NCBI RefSeq assembly: GCF_000142905.1
Contig: NW_013657624.1
Location: 38,235-102,234, forward strand
DNA: 64,000 bases
From: Thecamonas trahens ATCC 50062
Taxonomy: Eukaryota > Protista > Apusomonadida
Reading direction: 5' to 3'
The notes beneath the pieces are model-generated. The model had not been told where the DNA came from, made no database searches, and was given only the letters and a program-made list of their open reading frames with translations. Within the stretch, counting starts at the first letter, position 1. The number at the start of each line of letters is the position of its first letter. Shown piece after piece: positions 1-10,907 of this stretch. The translations under genes and the position numbers were made by a program.

Positions 1-2152
1 GCGGCTCAGGCTGTTGTTCGGGCGCCACCGCCTTGTGCACCTTCTCCATCTCGCGGACAAGGCCGGGATGGTCCGGAGCGAGCGAGAGGCCACGGCCAAG
101 AACGGCGGCGGCAGCGTCAAAATCGCCGGCCGAAACATGCAGCTTGCCGAGCGCAAGGTATGCCTTGACATACTCGGGGTTGATGTCAAGCGCCTTGCGC
201 AGGTCCGCTGCCGCCAGCTCAGCGTCGCCCATGTGCATGTAGCACGCACCACGGTTGGCGTACAGCGCGTGGTCGAGCGGGAACCCGTTTCCGGCCGCCA
301 GCGCCGCCACCAGGCGCAGCGCCGAGTTGTACACCGACATGGCGTCGACGTACGCGCCCTCGGCAAAGAGCGACGAGCCATCGGCCTTCAGCTCGTCCTT
401 CTCCTCCACAAACTTGGCGAGGAGCTCGTCAAAGGCATCCGATGCCCGCGGGAGCGCAAACAGCGCTGCCGCCGCAGCCTCGTACCGCGCCGTCTCCAGT
501 AGGATCTCGGCCTTGGACGCCGTGCACACCTGCGCAGCCTGTGCCACTTCGGGCTGGCAAGCCTCACCGGCCTCGCCCGCGAGAGCCAACGCCGCGTCGA
601 ACGCGCTGAGCGCCGCGTCGTGGGCCCCTAGGATCGAATGCACCGTCCCGAGCTTGGTCTGCAGCCGGACACGGGTGGCAATCGGCGTGTCGGCCGCCGC
701 CTCGGCCGCCGCTGCGTACGCCGCAGCAGCTGCCTCAAACTGCGAGTCGCGGATAGCGGCATTGCCGGCCTCCTCGGCCTCGGCCGTCGGCGAGATAGTC
801 GGCGCCACCGGAGCCGCCGACGCCGTCGACGCCAGTGAGTCGTTGTGGAAGAGCGACGAGGCGTCGGCCGAGGCATCGACCGACGCATCGATATCCGCGC
901 CGGCGCGGACCACCACGCTCAGCTTAATGGTCCGCCACCCGAGCTCCTCGGCAAGCTGGACTGCGTCGCGGAGTTCCGAGTCTGATCCGAGCTCAATGTC
1001 GTCGTCCTCGTCGTCCTTGTACGCCAGCTCGATGCCAGCGCCGCGCGGAGCCTTGATCCGGGTCCGCACCGACTCGATGAGTTCGATGTACGACTCGCCC
1101 GACGCCGAAGCCCGGAACGTCGAGCCGCCGTGCTTAAACTTGAAAAAGTATGTCGTCGAGACCTCGGCCGAAATGGCCGAGACACCGAGCTCAAAAGGAG
1201 CCGGTGGCGAGGTCGGAAGCGCCGCTCCAGAGGTGGAAGCGCCCGGCGCCGGCGTGCCCGGGCCAGCAGGCGGTGCAAACTCGCGGGCAGGCGTCTGCGG
1301 TGCAAGTGACGCCTCCGATGTCAGCTGCAGCATGTCAAGCATGCCGTACGGCCGCTTACCACGCACAACTGGGAGGTGGCGGTACTTGCCCTCGAGCATC
1401 ATTTCCAGCGCCTCCATGGGCGCGGTCGTCGGCGTGACCGTCGTCGGAGATGCGGTCATAACCTCGGCCAGGGTCGTCGTCGCCAGGTCCTTGCCCGCAA
1501 CAAGGACTCGAGCGAGCAAGTCGCGCTCGGTAAAGATGCCGACCAACGACGAGGTACCCGGCGCTACGACCAGAAGCGCCGACAGCCGGCGGATATCCAT
1601 GTGGGCGACTGCGCGTGCGACGGGCGCGTCCGACGGGAACAGCAGCGACTTGGCCGCCGCGCCACACGCCGCGCCTGCCGTTGCCGTGGATCCAAAGAGC
1701 GACGAGGCCCTCGCGGTCTTGTCATAGACCTTGAGCGCGTGCGAGACGCGCCACTTCATGGCCCTTGCCGACTCTGCCGTCGCGTACGATCCCAGAACAA
1801 GATCGTACGTCACCTCGAGCACGTCATGGAGACCAAGCGGAGCGCCAGCGTCATCTACGACCGGAAGATGGCGATAATGGCCACGATGCATGGCAGCGAG
1901 GACTTCATCAAGCGGCGTCTCGGGCGCCACGCTGTCGGGCTCGGGTGTCATGACCGACTCGAGGGTGGTGCTGTGGAGCTCTGCGCCACGAGCAGCGATG
2001 CGGGTAAGGATATCCCGTTCGGTAAGAATTCCCCGCAGTCGTCCGTCCTCACCCACAATGACCACAGCCGTCGCTCGGCTCTTGGCCATGTATCGTGCCG
2101 CGCTTTCCACACGTGTCGTTCCAGAGAACGCCATCGGCTGCGTCACGGGCAT
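1..2152 (-). CDS. CBS(x4)-PB1-TPR protein, 3' end beyond window start
   Basis: Manual translation from ATG 2152 (in-frame TGA just upstream) stays open to position 1. Two CBS pairs (GILTERDILTRI..VMTPEP..GHYRHLPVVD; GIFTERDLLARV..VMTASP..GKYRHLPVVR), a PB1 with acidic motif (YFFKFK..LAYKDEDDDDIELGSDSELRDAV), then TPRs (LYANRGACYMHMGD..ALDINPEYVKAYLALG). Absent from the ORF track because it has no stop in the window. Confidence 0.85.
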   Translation of the reverse strand, partial: MPVTQPMAFSGTTRVESAARYMAKSRATAVVIVGEDGRLRGILTERDILTRIAARGAELHSTTLESVMTPEPDSVAPETPLDEVLAAMHRGHYRHLPVVDDAGAPLGLHDVLEVTYDLVLGSYATAESARAMKWRVSHALKVYDKTARASSLFGSTATAGAACGAAAKSLLFPSDAPVARAVAHMDIRRLSALLVVAPGTSSLVGIFTERDLLARVLVAGKDLATTTLAEVMTASPTTVTPTTAPMEALEMMLEGKYRHLPVVRGKRPYGMLDMLQLTSEASLAPQTPAREFAPPAGPGTPAPGASTSGAALPTSPPAPFELGVSAISAEVSTTYFFKFKHGGSTFRASASGESYIELIESVRTRIKAPRGAGIELAYKDDEDDDIELGSDSELRDAVQLAEELGWRTIKLSVVVRAGADIDASVDASADASSLFHNDSLASTASAAPVAPTISPTAEAEEAGNAAIRDSQFEAAAAAYAAAAEAAADTPIATRVRLQTKLGTVHSILGAHDAALSAFDAALALAGEAGEACQPEVAQAAQVCTASKAEILLETARYEAAAAALFALPRASDAFDELLAKFVEEKDELKADGSSLFAEGAYVDAMSVYNSALRLVAALAAGNGFPLDHALYANRGACYMHMGDAELAAADLRKALDINPEYVKAYLALGKLHVSAGDFDAAAAVLGRGLSLAPDHPGLVREMEKVHKAVAPEQQPEP

Positions 2153-2702
2153 GACGGGTGGTAGCAGTCAGAGTGTATGAGGGAGGATGAAGATAGCCTT
2201 GGCCGTGGAAGGAGAAGGCGTGACGTCGGTGTTGCTGAGGGTATTCGGGTGGGGCAGAGTGCGGTGTGGCGCGGGGAAGGGGTGGCGGGGCGGGGCGGGG
2301 CGGGGGCGGGGTGAGGGGGGGGGGAAGAGGGCTGTTTTGGCGCCATTTTGTTCAAATTATTCAAAAGTTAATAACGCATGGCTGGTCGGCGGCGGTCGGG
2401 TCGACTCACTCACTCGCCGCCGTGCCAGCACGCCAATTGAAGCCAGCAATTCTCTGCTTGGCTGTGGAATCTTCCTCACACTCTATACCATGACCATACA
2501 TATAAACCCATCTTCGACATCTCTCATCGCGCGCCAGAGATCGTCATCAAGTGGGTATGTGTGGGCTACTGCTCCTCCGGAGCCGACGGTGTCGACCCCA
2601 TCGGAGCTCTAAGCTTTGCATCGCTGAGCCGGCCGCATGTACTAGCGATCCTTTGGCATCCGCCAATGGTAGGTAGCTGACTGGTCAGCAAGCACGTGGC
2701 GG

Positions 2703-5435
2703 TCAAATGTAGGCCACGTTGGAGGCCATGATCATGGCGCGGGCGCGGGCCATGGCATCCTCGACGCCCGGGAAGCTGTACATGAGCCCGCGTTGCTCGC
2801 GCTGACAGAGGACGCGAAGAATCCACTCGGCGTCCTTGTTGATGTACATGTCGTTGGGAAAGGTATTGATGGCGTCGACAAGGATCTTCGACTCGCCCTT
2901 GGTGCGAAAGAGCGGACGGACGTCAGCGAGTCCACAGAGCCTGCGAATGAGCTGGATGAGCTGTGCCATGACGGCTGCGTTCTTCCCGTGCTTGTTGACG
3001 ACCGAGTGGATCATGTCGATGCCACCGGCTGTGAAGAAAACTTGAGGTTGAGTTCGACGTTGAGGACAACCTGGCCCATGGCGGCCAACGCGTACTCTGC
3101 GATGCGCGCGTCGTCAAGGTGGTCGTTGACAGCCTCGATCAGGCCGCGGAGCCCGTCGCCGCCACACCGCTCGCGGACAGACTCGCGGTCGCACACCAGA
3201 TACAGGTACTTGAACGCGGCCTTGAGGATGGTCCGCTCGTTGGAAAATGTGTTCAGCGCACGGATGGCAATCGTATCGCTGGAGGCGTCAGCAAACATGG
3301 TCCGGAACCGCATGTCGTACGCCAGCCACGACATGAGGACGAGAACCACCTCGTTGAGCGCCGCAGATGTCGGTGCCCGTTCTGCGTGCTCGATGATGCT
3401 GGGAATGAGCGGCGACTGGGAGAGCGGGATGAGGATCTCGGAGGAGAAATCGGTCCGAACCGATCTCGCCAGTGGAATGTACACCTGCGCAAGGTTGACG
3501 ATAAGGTCCTGTGGCTTGGACACCTCAAGCTCCATGACTGCTGTGAGGAGGTCGACTGTTGTTGGCGACGCCATGATCGCCAGCACCCGCACCGCGCGCA
3601 GCGACGCCATCAGGGCCAGCAGCTCTACAAAGACCTCGATCGGCCCGAGTGCGGGAAGCGCCCGTGGTCCGCCCGACGCCAGATGCATGTCGAGGAGGGC
3701 GACAACTCCAAAGACCGCCTCGTACTTGGCCTTGGTATGCTCCTGTGCTCGCCGCAGCGTCCGCATCGTCAGCTGCTGCGGTGGCATCAGCCGCTCGTCG
3801 CGCGCATAGTGGCCCACAATCCGGGTCAGCCCACTCGTCAGCCGCCGTCGCTGACTCCCGCTCGTGCTGCCCGCGCCGCCTCCGCCCATTTCGGTGGCCC
3901 CGGGGTCAATCTTGGCTGGCGCCAGGTCACGCTGCGGCGGCATAGCCATCACTGGTGGTGGTGGCTTGGCTGGTGGCACCCGTGACTTGGCCGGCGGTTC
4001 GGGCGTGGGCTCGCCAAGCGCCACCACCGAGTCGCACGATCCCGAGTCCGAGTCGGAGAACGAGCTTTCACACTCTCCCGATACCTCGTCGCCGCTGACA
4101 TTCAGCTTGGCCGAGCTCTCGCCAGTGAGCGAGACATCGACGCCCAGCGCTGTCTGCAGGCTGCTCGGCGATGCGGCCGGCACCGCCGTGTCTGCCATCA
4201 CCGATGCATCGAGGAAGATCTCATCCGACGACGAGTAAGAGTCCGACGACGAGGAGAACGAGAACGAGTCGTCGAGAGTGAGCATTGTCGAGAGCTGGCG
4301 GTCGATCGCCGTCGCGTGCGAGAACTCATCCGAGTCGAGCTCGTCGTCGTCGAGGTGTGACGGCTTGGCCGACCCGATGGTCTGCTTGGTCTTTTTCTTG
4401 CTAGTCTTGCGCTTGACCTTGCCCTTGCCCTCACCACCAAAGGAGCTCTTGAGGATCGAGCTGTACGGCGACGACGGTGATGACTCAATCGCCTTTCCAC
4501 TCGCCGCCGCCAGCACCGACTTGCCGACACTTGGGCTCGACGACGTCGTCGACGAGCCCGTCGACGACGCCTGTCGCCGCGTTGGCTTGCCCGCCGATGG
4601 CCCGTTGCCCTCGAGCGTTCCCAGAATTGCCTCCATCTGCGCCTTGATGCCGTCGAGCGAGCTGAGCATGGTCGACGTGGTGAACGAGATCTCGCCGTTG
4701 TCGGGCAGGTTGACCTTGAGCGTCTCAAACAGTGCCCTCATCTCGGTCACCTGCTTGGCCAGCCCGCGCTTGTCCTCCTCGGTCGCCGGCCGCGCCGCTT
4801 CGGCCTGCTTCTTCGCACCATTTTGGCTCTCCGGAGCCTTCTTCAACTTGGCGTCGACCTCGTCGGCGTTATAGAAGAGCGTGACCGACCGCCGCCACGA
4901 CTTGCTACTGTCGTCAGCACCCACCCCGCCCCATCTCGAGCCGGCCACCACCGGCCCGTACCCGTTCGACGCTGCCGTCTCCAGAATGGCTCCGCGCATC
5001 GTCTGCGACAGTGCCTTGAACTCGTAGGTGTAGATGAGCTTGACACGGACAGCGTGTCCGTCGTTCGGGCTCGGCTCGATGCACAGCACGTCCTTTGCCG
5101 GCACGAACCATTGATCCTTGCCGCCAGGCGCCGCATTGGACACCCCCTCTGCACTCAGCACCAGTTCTCTGCACAATGACGAACGCAATGAACACGATCG
5201 AGCACGAGCGCGACGAACACGATCGAGCACGAATGCGATGAACACGATCGAGCACGAGCGCGACGAACACGATCGAGCACGAATGCGATGAACACGATCG
5301 AGCACGAGCGCGACGAACACGATCGAGCACGACCACAACCACGACCACGACCAACACACACAACCACAGCCACATAAGTCGCTCTCCCCCCCTCCCCCCC
5401 TTCCTCTCACTCTGGCGCCCAAAAAAGGACGCCAT
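2703..5435 (-). CDS. Uncharacterised protein with low-complexity middle and C-terminal armadillo-like repeats; one intron and an apparent frameshift at ~3041
   Basis: ORFs 3011-5530 and 2703-3014 join as ..NVELNLK/VFFTAGGIDMIHSVVNKH if one base is restored. The helical ARM-like C-terminus reads GLRGLIEAVNDHLDDARIAEYALAAMG. Candidate exon 1 MASFFGRQ at 5435, then an intron containing a tandem repeat; exact splice sites uncertain. Confidence 0.6.
5190..5332. repeat. Minisatellite: alternating 25-bp units (GAACACGATCGAGCACGAGCGCGAC / GAACACGATCGAGCACGAATGCGAT), 50-bp higher-order period
   Basis: Directly visible; about 3 copies of the 50-bp period inside the probable intron. Confidence 0.9.
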
Positions 5436-5889
5436 GTCCGTGACCTCAACAACAGCAAAAAAAAACGACATGTGCTAGACCGGTCCGAGGGCGGGCGCGG
5501 GGGGGCAGCGGGACTTTCCCAGAAACTCACTCAATCAGGGGATCGGCAAAAATTCGGTGGACTCGTTCAGTTGGCGTTCAGTTGTGTGAGTGAACGCATA
5601 CACATTGAGCGTGCGTTCAGTTTCTGTTCAGGCTGAGCCCCAACTGAACGAATTTTGAAGGCACACAAGCTCAGCTACGCAGCAGTGACGTGAGTTGGAG
5701 CACCACACTCGACTTACCCTTACGCAAGGTAGGGCACAGTTTCGGCGATATGGCAGCGACATGATGGGGGAGAGACACTTCAGTACGGTATTGCTGGCGT
5801 AGGGGGGGGGGGGTTAGGGGAGTTATACACTCACGTTGGTGTCCTTGTCACCACGCAGACAGCCGGTAGATTCTACCACCACTGCCGCA

Positions 5890-6942
5890 ATGGATCAGGA
5901 CCTCGTGATGCCACAGAGCGACGAAATGCAGCATGCTTCAGCTTCAGAAGCGTCTCATGATACCGCCGAAGAGGTGAATCCCCCTACTGCTGGTTCCGAG
6001 GGCAAACAGCAGGCCTTGCCTGACAACACCAGCAACGTCGAGACGGCAGTCTTGTCCCCACCCGCTGCGCCATGCAGCCAAGAAGTGGACACTACTGAAG
6101 CACGAAGCTCACCTCGCAAGGCAAAGACCACATCGTCACGCTATCGCAAAAAGCGCGTTTGTGTCCGCTGGGGAGAGCCCGGAAGAATGCAGGATCTAGC
6201 CCAGGCGTACTACGACGTGGTGACGAAGTACGACTCCTCCAGCTCCACTGCCGGCAGAATGCACAGGTCCATTGCCAAGATCTTGAACGAGAAGTGGGGC
6301 AATACTGATGACGGTGGGCAAGTGTCTACCCAGACTGTGTCCAAGCAACTCAACCGCCTCCTGTCAAGGGTGCGCGAGCAGGAGGTGTTCTTGACCCAGT
6401 CCGGGAAGCGGGCCGACGAAGGGCCGCTGCCGCCCAGGAACCCACATCTGCATCAGGTGTACATGACTATCACCCAGGCTTGGCAATCATCCGGCCGGCG
6501 CAAGCCTCTCATCAAGCCCATTGACACTTCAGACGACACAAGTGTCCAGTTCGATGTGCTCGAGTCCATGTCCCAGGAGCAGTCGACAAGGCGGAATCGG
6601 ACCTCCGTGCACGTCCCTGAACGAGCCGTCGGCAACACTTCGTCGAGGACGACGTCATCTTGCGATTCAGATCCGGGCACGCCATCTGCTGAAACGCCTC
6701 GCAAGCGGCGTCGTTCTGGCGACAGCAGCGGATGTCCGTCCTCGGCGAAGAAGCGCAAGGTCCACTCCGTGGCCGATTCTCAGAAGCTCGTCGATCTGAC
6801 CGAGAAACACATCATGCTGTTTGAGGCCAGTGCCACTGCCGACCAGAAGCACAAGGATGCCATTCTCAGCGTGGCAACTAGTACTCTTGATGTACTGAAG
6901 CACCTGACCGTGACTTTTGACAAGATTGCAGCTTCACTGTAG
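5890..6942 (+). CDS. Harbinger Myb/SANT-like (trihelix) DNA-binding protein
   Basis: VRWGEPGRMQDLAQAYYD..MHRSIAKILNEKW..VSTQTVSKQLNRL trihelix-like segment, basic NLS-like motifs (PRKRRR, AKKRK) and a C-terminal helix. Lies inside the TIRs opposite the transposase. Start uncertain. Confidence 0.75.
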   Translation: MDQDLVMPQSDEMQHASASEASHDTAEEVNPPTAGSEGKQQALPDNTSNVETAVLSPPAAPCSQEVDTTEARSSPRKAKTTSSRYRKKRVCVRWGEPGRMQDLAQAYYDVVTKYDSSSSTAGRMHRSIAKILNEKWGNTDDGGQVSTQTVSKQLNRLLSRVREQEVFLTQSGKRADEGPLPPRNPHLHQVYMTITQAWQSSGRRKPLIKPIDTSDDTSVQFDVLESMSQEQSTRRNRTSVHVPERAVGNTSSRTTSSCDSDPGTPSAETPRKRRRSGDSSGCPSSAKKRKVHSVADSQKLVDLTEKHIMLFEASATADQKHKDAILSVATSTLDVLKHLTVTFDKIAASL

Positions 6943-6970
6943 TCTACGGCGACGTGGGACAAGATCACGT

Positions 6971-8458
6971 TCAACAGCATCGGCGACCTGTCAGAGAGTC
7001 AGGTCGACGATGTTGATAGTGACGAGTTCGTTCAAGCGTTCCTGGTTCGATTGCTTCAACAAAGGCAGCAAATACATCATCTGAGCTTACATCGATGGTG
7101 GCGCTGAAGTCCGTTGCGTCATCGGCATGAACCCCGGCCATCAAGTAGTTGTGGAGGCGGAATGCAGCGCTGATCATCGAGTTGTTGAGCTGATCTAGTT
7201 CTGTGGTCATACGAAGTAGGTACTGAAAGCGGCTCTTGAGCACTCCAAAGGCACGCTCGATGCAGTTCCTTGCTCTGCACTGTGGATCCCTTCTCTCAGA
7301 CACTCCCGAACGCGGGGTGACAATGTAGGGGAACACCGTACCACGGAATATGGCATCCCCGAGAATGGTGAACCCGGCACCGGTTGGATTGATACCGAAA
7401 CGACGCGGATTAGCGTAGAGGTTGCTCAATTTCAACATGTTGACATCGTTCGTCGAAGCTGGAAACCCCACGACGCAGTTGATGAACTGCACCGTGTCGA
7501 TTGCAACCGTGCATAGAGCACTAATGCGAGGGCCGGACCTTCGCCCGTGAAGCGCAATCTGATCGTCGCCATGTGGATTCTGAGCCAGGCAGAAGTCAGT
7601 TCCATCCACACAAGCAAACGCGCGTCGCAGCTTTGCCTCTTCACTAGCCTCAAAAGGCTGACCGCCGCGCGAGATCGAGTCCGCGATGTCCATATCCCAC
7701 TTTCCTTGGCGAGAACGCACAATGGCTGTGATCTCTGCAACATCCGGCCACTGTAATGGCATCATTTTCATCACGCGCCGCGACACTCGCTCGAGGATGT
7801 TCTTCAGGGACGAGGCGCTTACGTTGAGGAGAAGGGCAGCAGACCGGAGTCGCATTGCACCGTGACCAAGAACAAAGAGGAACACGGCCAACGCCTTCTT
7901 GGGGTGGATAGGGGGCCTCCCAACTCGACCAGCGCGTAGGACAACCTGCATTCGCCCGCGGGTATGGTTGGAAGTGAGATCAATCATCCAATCGTCACCG
8001 AATAGGAGCTGCCCGAGTTGATCGAACGACGACTGCGGCATGCGCAATAGAAAGCGAAACGCCTGATCACTTCCCCCAAGCAGCAGCATCAACAGCGGAT
8101 CACCAAGGAACGGTCTTGGCGTCAATCTACGAGCAGTAGCAGCAGCTTCCGCCGCCATAGCCATCTCGTCCCTGGCCGTGGCGATGGTAGAGACACACGC
8201 ACTGGCGCGGCGGACGGGCCCGCCTTCACCGACCTCCCACATGAATATCTGTGTGACCAAGTTGACAACCAGGTATGCACAAAGCATCCCAAACATCGCC
8301 GCAGCTTTGAGAAGTGACACGCGCTGAGATCGGAGAGCATGACGTGAGGGCACAGCTTCATCTGGCTCGACGCCGTCGTCGATGTCTACATCGGTGTCGT
8401 CGACCCACCGGGGCTCTCCGCTGCTCTGGCGCTCATTAGTGCATTTCCTTGACTCCAT
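6971..8458 (-). CDS. PIF/Harbinger DDE transposase (DDE_Tnp_4/HARBI1-like)
   Basis: FRFLLRMPQSSFDQL, HTH region (KALAVFLFVLGHG..LLNVSASSL), catalytic motifs ACVDGT, ILGDAIF and RARNCIERAFGVLKSRF, and LHNY. Confidence 0.9.
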   Translation of the reverse strand: MESRKCTNERQSSGEPRWVDDTDVDIDDGVEPDEAVPSRHALRSQRVSLLKAAAMFGMLCAYLVVNLVTQIFMWEVGEGGPVRRASACVSTIATARDEMAMAAEAAATARRLTPRPFLGDPLLMLLLGGSDQAFRFLLRMPQSSFDQLGQLLFGDDWMIDLTSNHTRGRMQVVLRAGRVGRPPIHPKKALAVFLFVLGHGAMRLRSAALLLNVSASSLKNILERVSRRVMKMMPLQWPDVAEITAIVRSRQGKWDMDIADSISRGGQPFEASEEAKLRRAFACVDGTDFCLAQNPHGDDQIALHGRRSGPRISALCTVAIDTVQFINCVVGFPASTNDVNMLKLSNLYANPRRFGINPTGAGFTILGDAIFRGTVFPYIVTPRSGVSERRDPQCRARNCIERAFGVLKSRFQYLLRMTTELDQLNNSMISAAFRLHNYLMAGVHADDATDFSATIDVSSDDVFAAFVEAIEPGTLERTRHYQHRRPDSLTGRRCC

Positions 8459-9218
8459 CCACACACAAGAACGTTTCCTACAATGCTTCTGCCACAGTGA
8501 ACTTGGGAGCAGTGTGTAGGGTCAATGCCGAGAGTGTGACGACCGCAGGCGGACTGCGTCCCGCCGTCCCTTGGCCAACCGGTAGAATTGACCACATCGC
8601 ACTGACTGAACATTTTTCTCGAACATGTTGAGTAGGTGAACGTGCCGAAGTTGAAACGACAGCTGAGCGTGTTGAGTTACATCGAGTTTTTGCCGAACCC
8701 CTCACTCATGGACCTGTGCGCCATCCGTACCTGCTCTGCTCCTTGCCCTTTGCGTTTGTTTTGGTCACTGGGTACCTCTGTATCTTTCCTTTCTTGCCTT
8801 TTCCCTTGCCCTTGCGTGGTGGGTGTTCCTTTCGCGTCTTTGGCTTCCACGTACTGGCCTCCTTTGCCGACATGTCGAGAGGTTGGTACCGTGGTGGCGC
8901 TCTTGTTCGAGTTGAGTGCTACAGCGGCGGCTGGGCCGACCCGGTAGTCCCGCACGCGTTTTTTGCTTCGTCATGGTTGCAAATTTGTTTTTTTCGGCAA
9001 CACCATACTATCGCAGCTCTGCACAGATGCTCCACCACCGCGGTAAGCGTACCCAATACGCCATCCAGCCGTCCAGCCAGTCGTCGTCCCCTCACACACT
9101 CACACACACACATACGCCTGACCGCGTGAGCTGCTGCTCCACCGCGTGCCATAAGTCGCGTGTCACATGTTGTGGCAGGGAAGCTCCCCTCCAATTCGGC
9201 GAACCGCACACATGCTGT

Positions 9219-10650
9219 TCAGCAGCAGAAACAGCACTTGATGAAGACCCAGCAGATGATGGCGAGGGCCAAGCCGAGGGCGACCACAAAGTAGACACCC
9301 GAGATAGCGGCAAGAGTGAGTGCCGGCGAGTCGAGCTCCTTGGCGCCAATCGACGAGATAAAGGCCTTTCCAAAGTACTTGACGTTGAGCTCGCGGAGGA
9401 GGCCTTCGCGCGTTAGATCAAGCACAATGCTATTGATCCGGTCAAGGTATGGCGAGCTGTTGGCCAGCAGCATGGCGTAGTCGGCCGAGGAGAGGAGCGA
9501 GCCGAGCAGCCGGATCGAGGCCGTCGAGCTGTCTGCCAGATACTCCAGCGTCGTCGCGTCGGCCATGCACGCCGAAACAGCGCCGCGCTCGAGCGCCCCG
9601 AACGCGTCGGTCACGTTGGCATATCCGTACATGGCCACAGACGGCAGGTGGTCGCGCACAAACCGCTCGCCGTCAGAGCCAAGCACCACCGCCATCGACG
9701 AGCCGCCCAGATCGCGGAGGCCCGCCACGTCCGACCGCAGATTCGCCGAGTTGAGAATGGTCGTCAGCTGCGCTGTGTACGCCGCCACCAGCGTCACCGT
9801 AAACGTCGTCCATCCGATCGAGTACAGCCGCGCCGGAAAGCCCACCAGATCGTTCTCGCCAGTCTCGGAGAGCACGCCCCAGCAGTACCACACGCCCTCG
9901 TTGACACCACGGAGGTACGAGAGTGGGAAGAGCTCGGGCTGGTACGGATGCTCCAGCGCCCAGATGATGTGGCCCGAGAGGTAGAGCGCCACCACTCCAG
10001 TGATCCACACCGTTACTGTAAACGGCGAAAAGAACAGCAGCGGATCTGTTGTCGGCTCCGGCACCGAAATCGCCGCGTCGAGCCCTGTGTGAAAGTACGA
10101 GTACGTAAACTCGCCCGCTGTGTTTCCGTCAAGAGTGATTGCCATCCCGCCGAGCGCCACTGCCAGCGGATCAGCCCTGACCGCCTCGTGCGCCTCGTCA
10201 ACCGATACCACGCGCATCTGTACATCAACCCCACGCACTTGCTGCATCCGCTGCACAACCAAGTGCCACAGCTCTAGATCATACCCGCTCACCTTGCCGT
10301 CCTTCTACACACCCCCGCCTCACCATCCGACGCCCCGCACCTCACCTGTGAGCCTCACATTGCGCTCGTCGCCCACAAACATCGCCCGCCCGCCCGCCGA
10401 CATGGCGTACACTGTCAACCATCACAAATGGCGGTTGTGGCACAAGATACACGTTGATTCTGTCAAAGGCATGTCCGTCGTTGCCAGCTGCCCGCGCGCC
10501 AGTGCTCGCGTACGCCAGCCAAAGGCCAAGCACCGCGAGCAGGAGCCCAGCGCACCGCGGCCGGCGTCGTCCACGTCGCCACAAACGCTGTACACCTGCC
10601 GGGCGCCCTTTGCTCCGCTTCTCGCCCATGACAAGTGATAGCCGCGCCAT
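9219..10650 (-). CDS. Ionotropic glutamate receptor-like channel 1 (S1-M1-P-M3-S2-M4, no ATD); intron 10305-10410
   Basis: Signal peptide, PQPPFVM..SGYDLELW (S1), FFSPFTVTVW, pore helix EGVWYCW, AAYTAQLTTIL (SYTANLA-like), S2 and C-terminal TM. The GTACGC..TAG intron joins MVDS/KDGKVSGYD in frame. Confidence 0.85.
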
Positions 10651-10907
10651 ACCGCTAGACCCTCCCACACACACACACACACCTTGTCGGCGTCCACCAG
10701 CGCAGCGCTGCCAGTCAATCGGTATGCGCCAGAAAATTCCGAAAGGCTCATTTTTCGCACAACAGGCCGCCAGCCCACGGCCAACCTCCTGCCACCAAAC
10801 AGCCATAGCCACACGATGATCACGCGTCCCACGCCCATTGCGCTTTATCTGCCTCCCACTTGCGTCAGCTATCGAGAAAACGGGTGGTTGGACGTGCTCA
10901 CTTGGCC

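Larger units (their letters stand above)
5538..8701. mobile_element. Full-length PIF/Harbinger DNA transposon (3164 bp)
   Basis: Left end GGGGATCGGCAAAAATTCGGTG; right end reverse complement GGGGTTCGGCAAAAACTCGATG. 3-bp TSD TCA at 5535-5537 and 8702-8704. Two convergent ORFs (Myb-like and DDE transposase). Confidence 0.93.

Noticed and set aside
255-1727. Long plus-strand ORF (490 aa) and similar antisense ORFs (2793-3809, 14911-17277, 35334-36581, 50463-51476)
   Set aside because: Antisense shadows of real genes caused by high GC3 codon bias.
5190-5332. Repeat array resembling CRISPR (also 34925-35328)
   Set aside because: No unique spacers and no cas genes; ordinary minisatellites in a eukaryote.
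8677-8955. Minus-strand ORF running into the transposon end, possibly a disrupted gene
   Set aside because: Removing the element gives a stop immediately after the junction; no recognisable homology.
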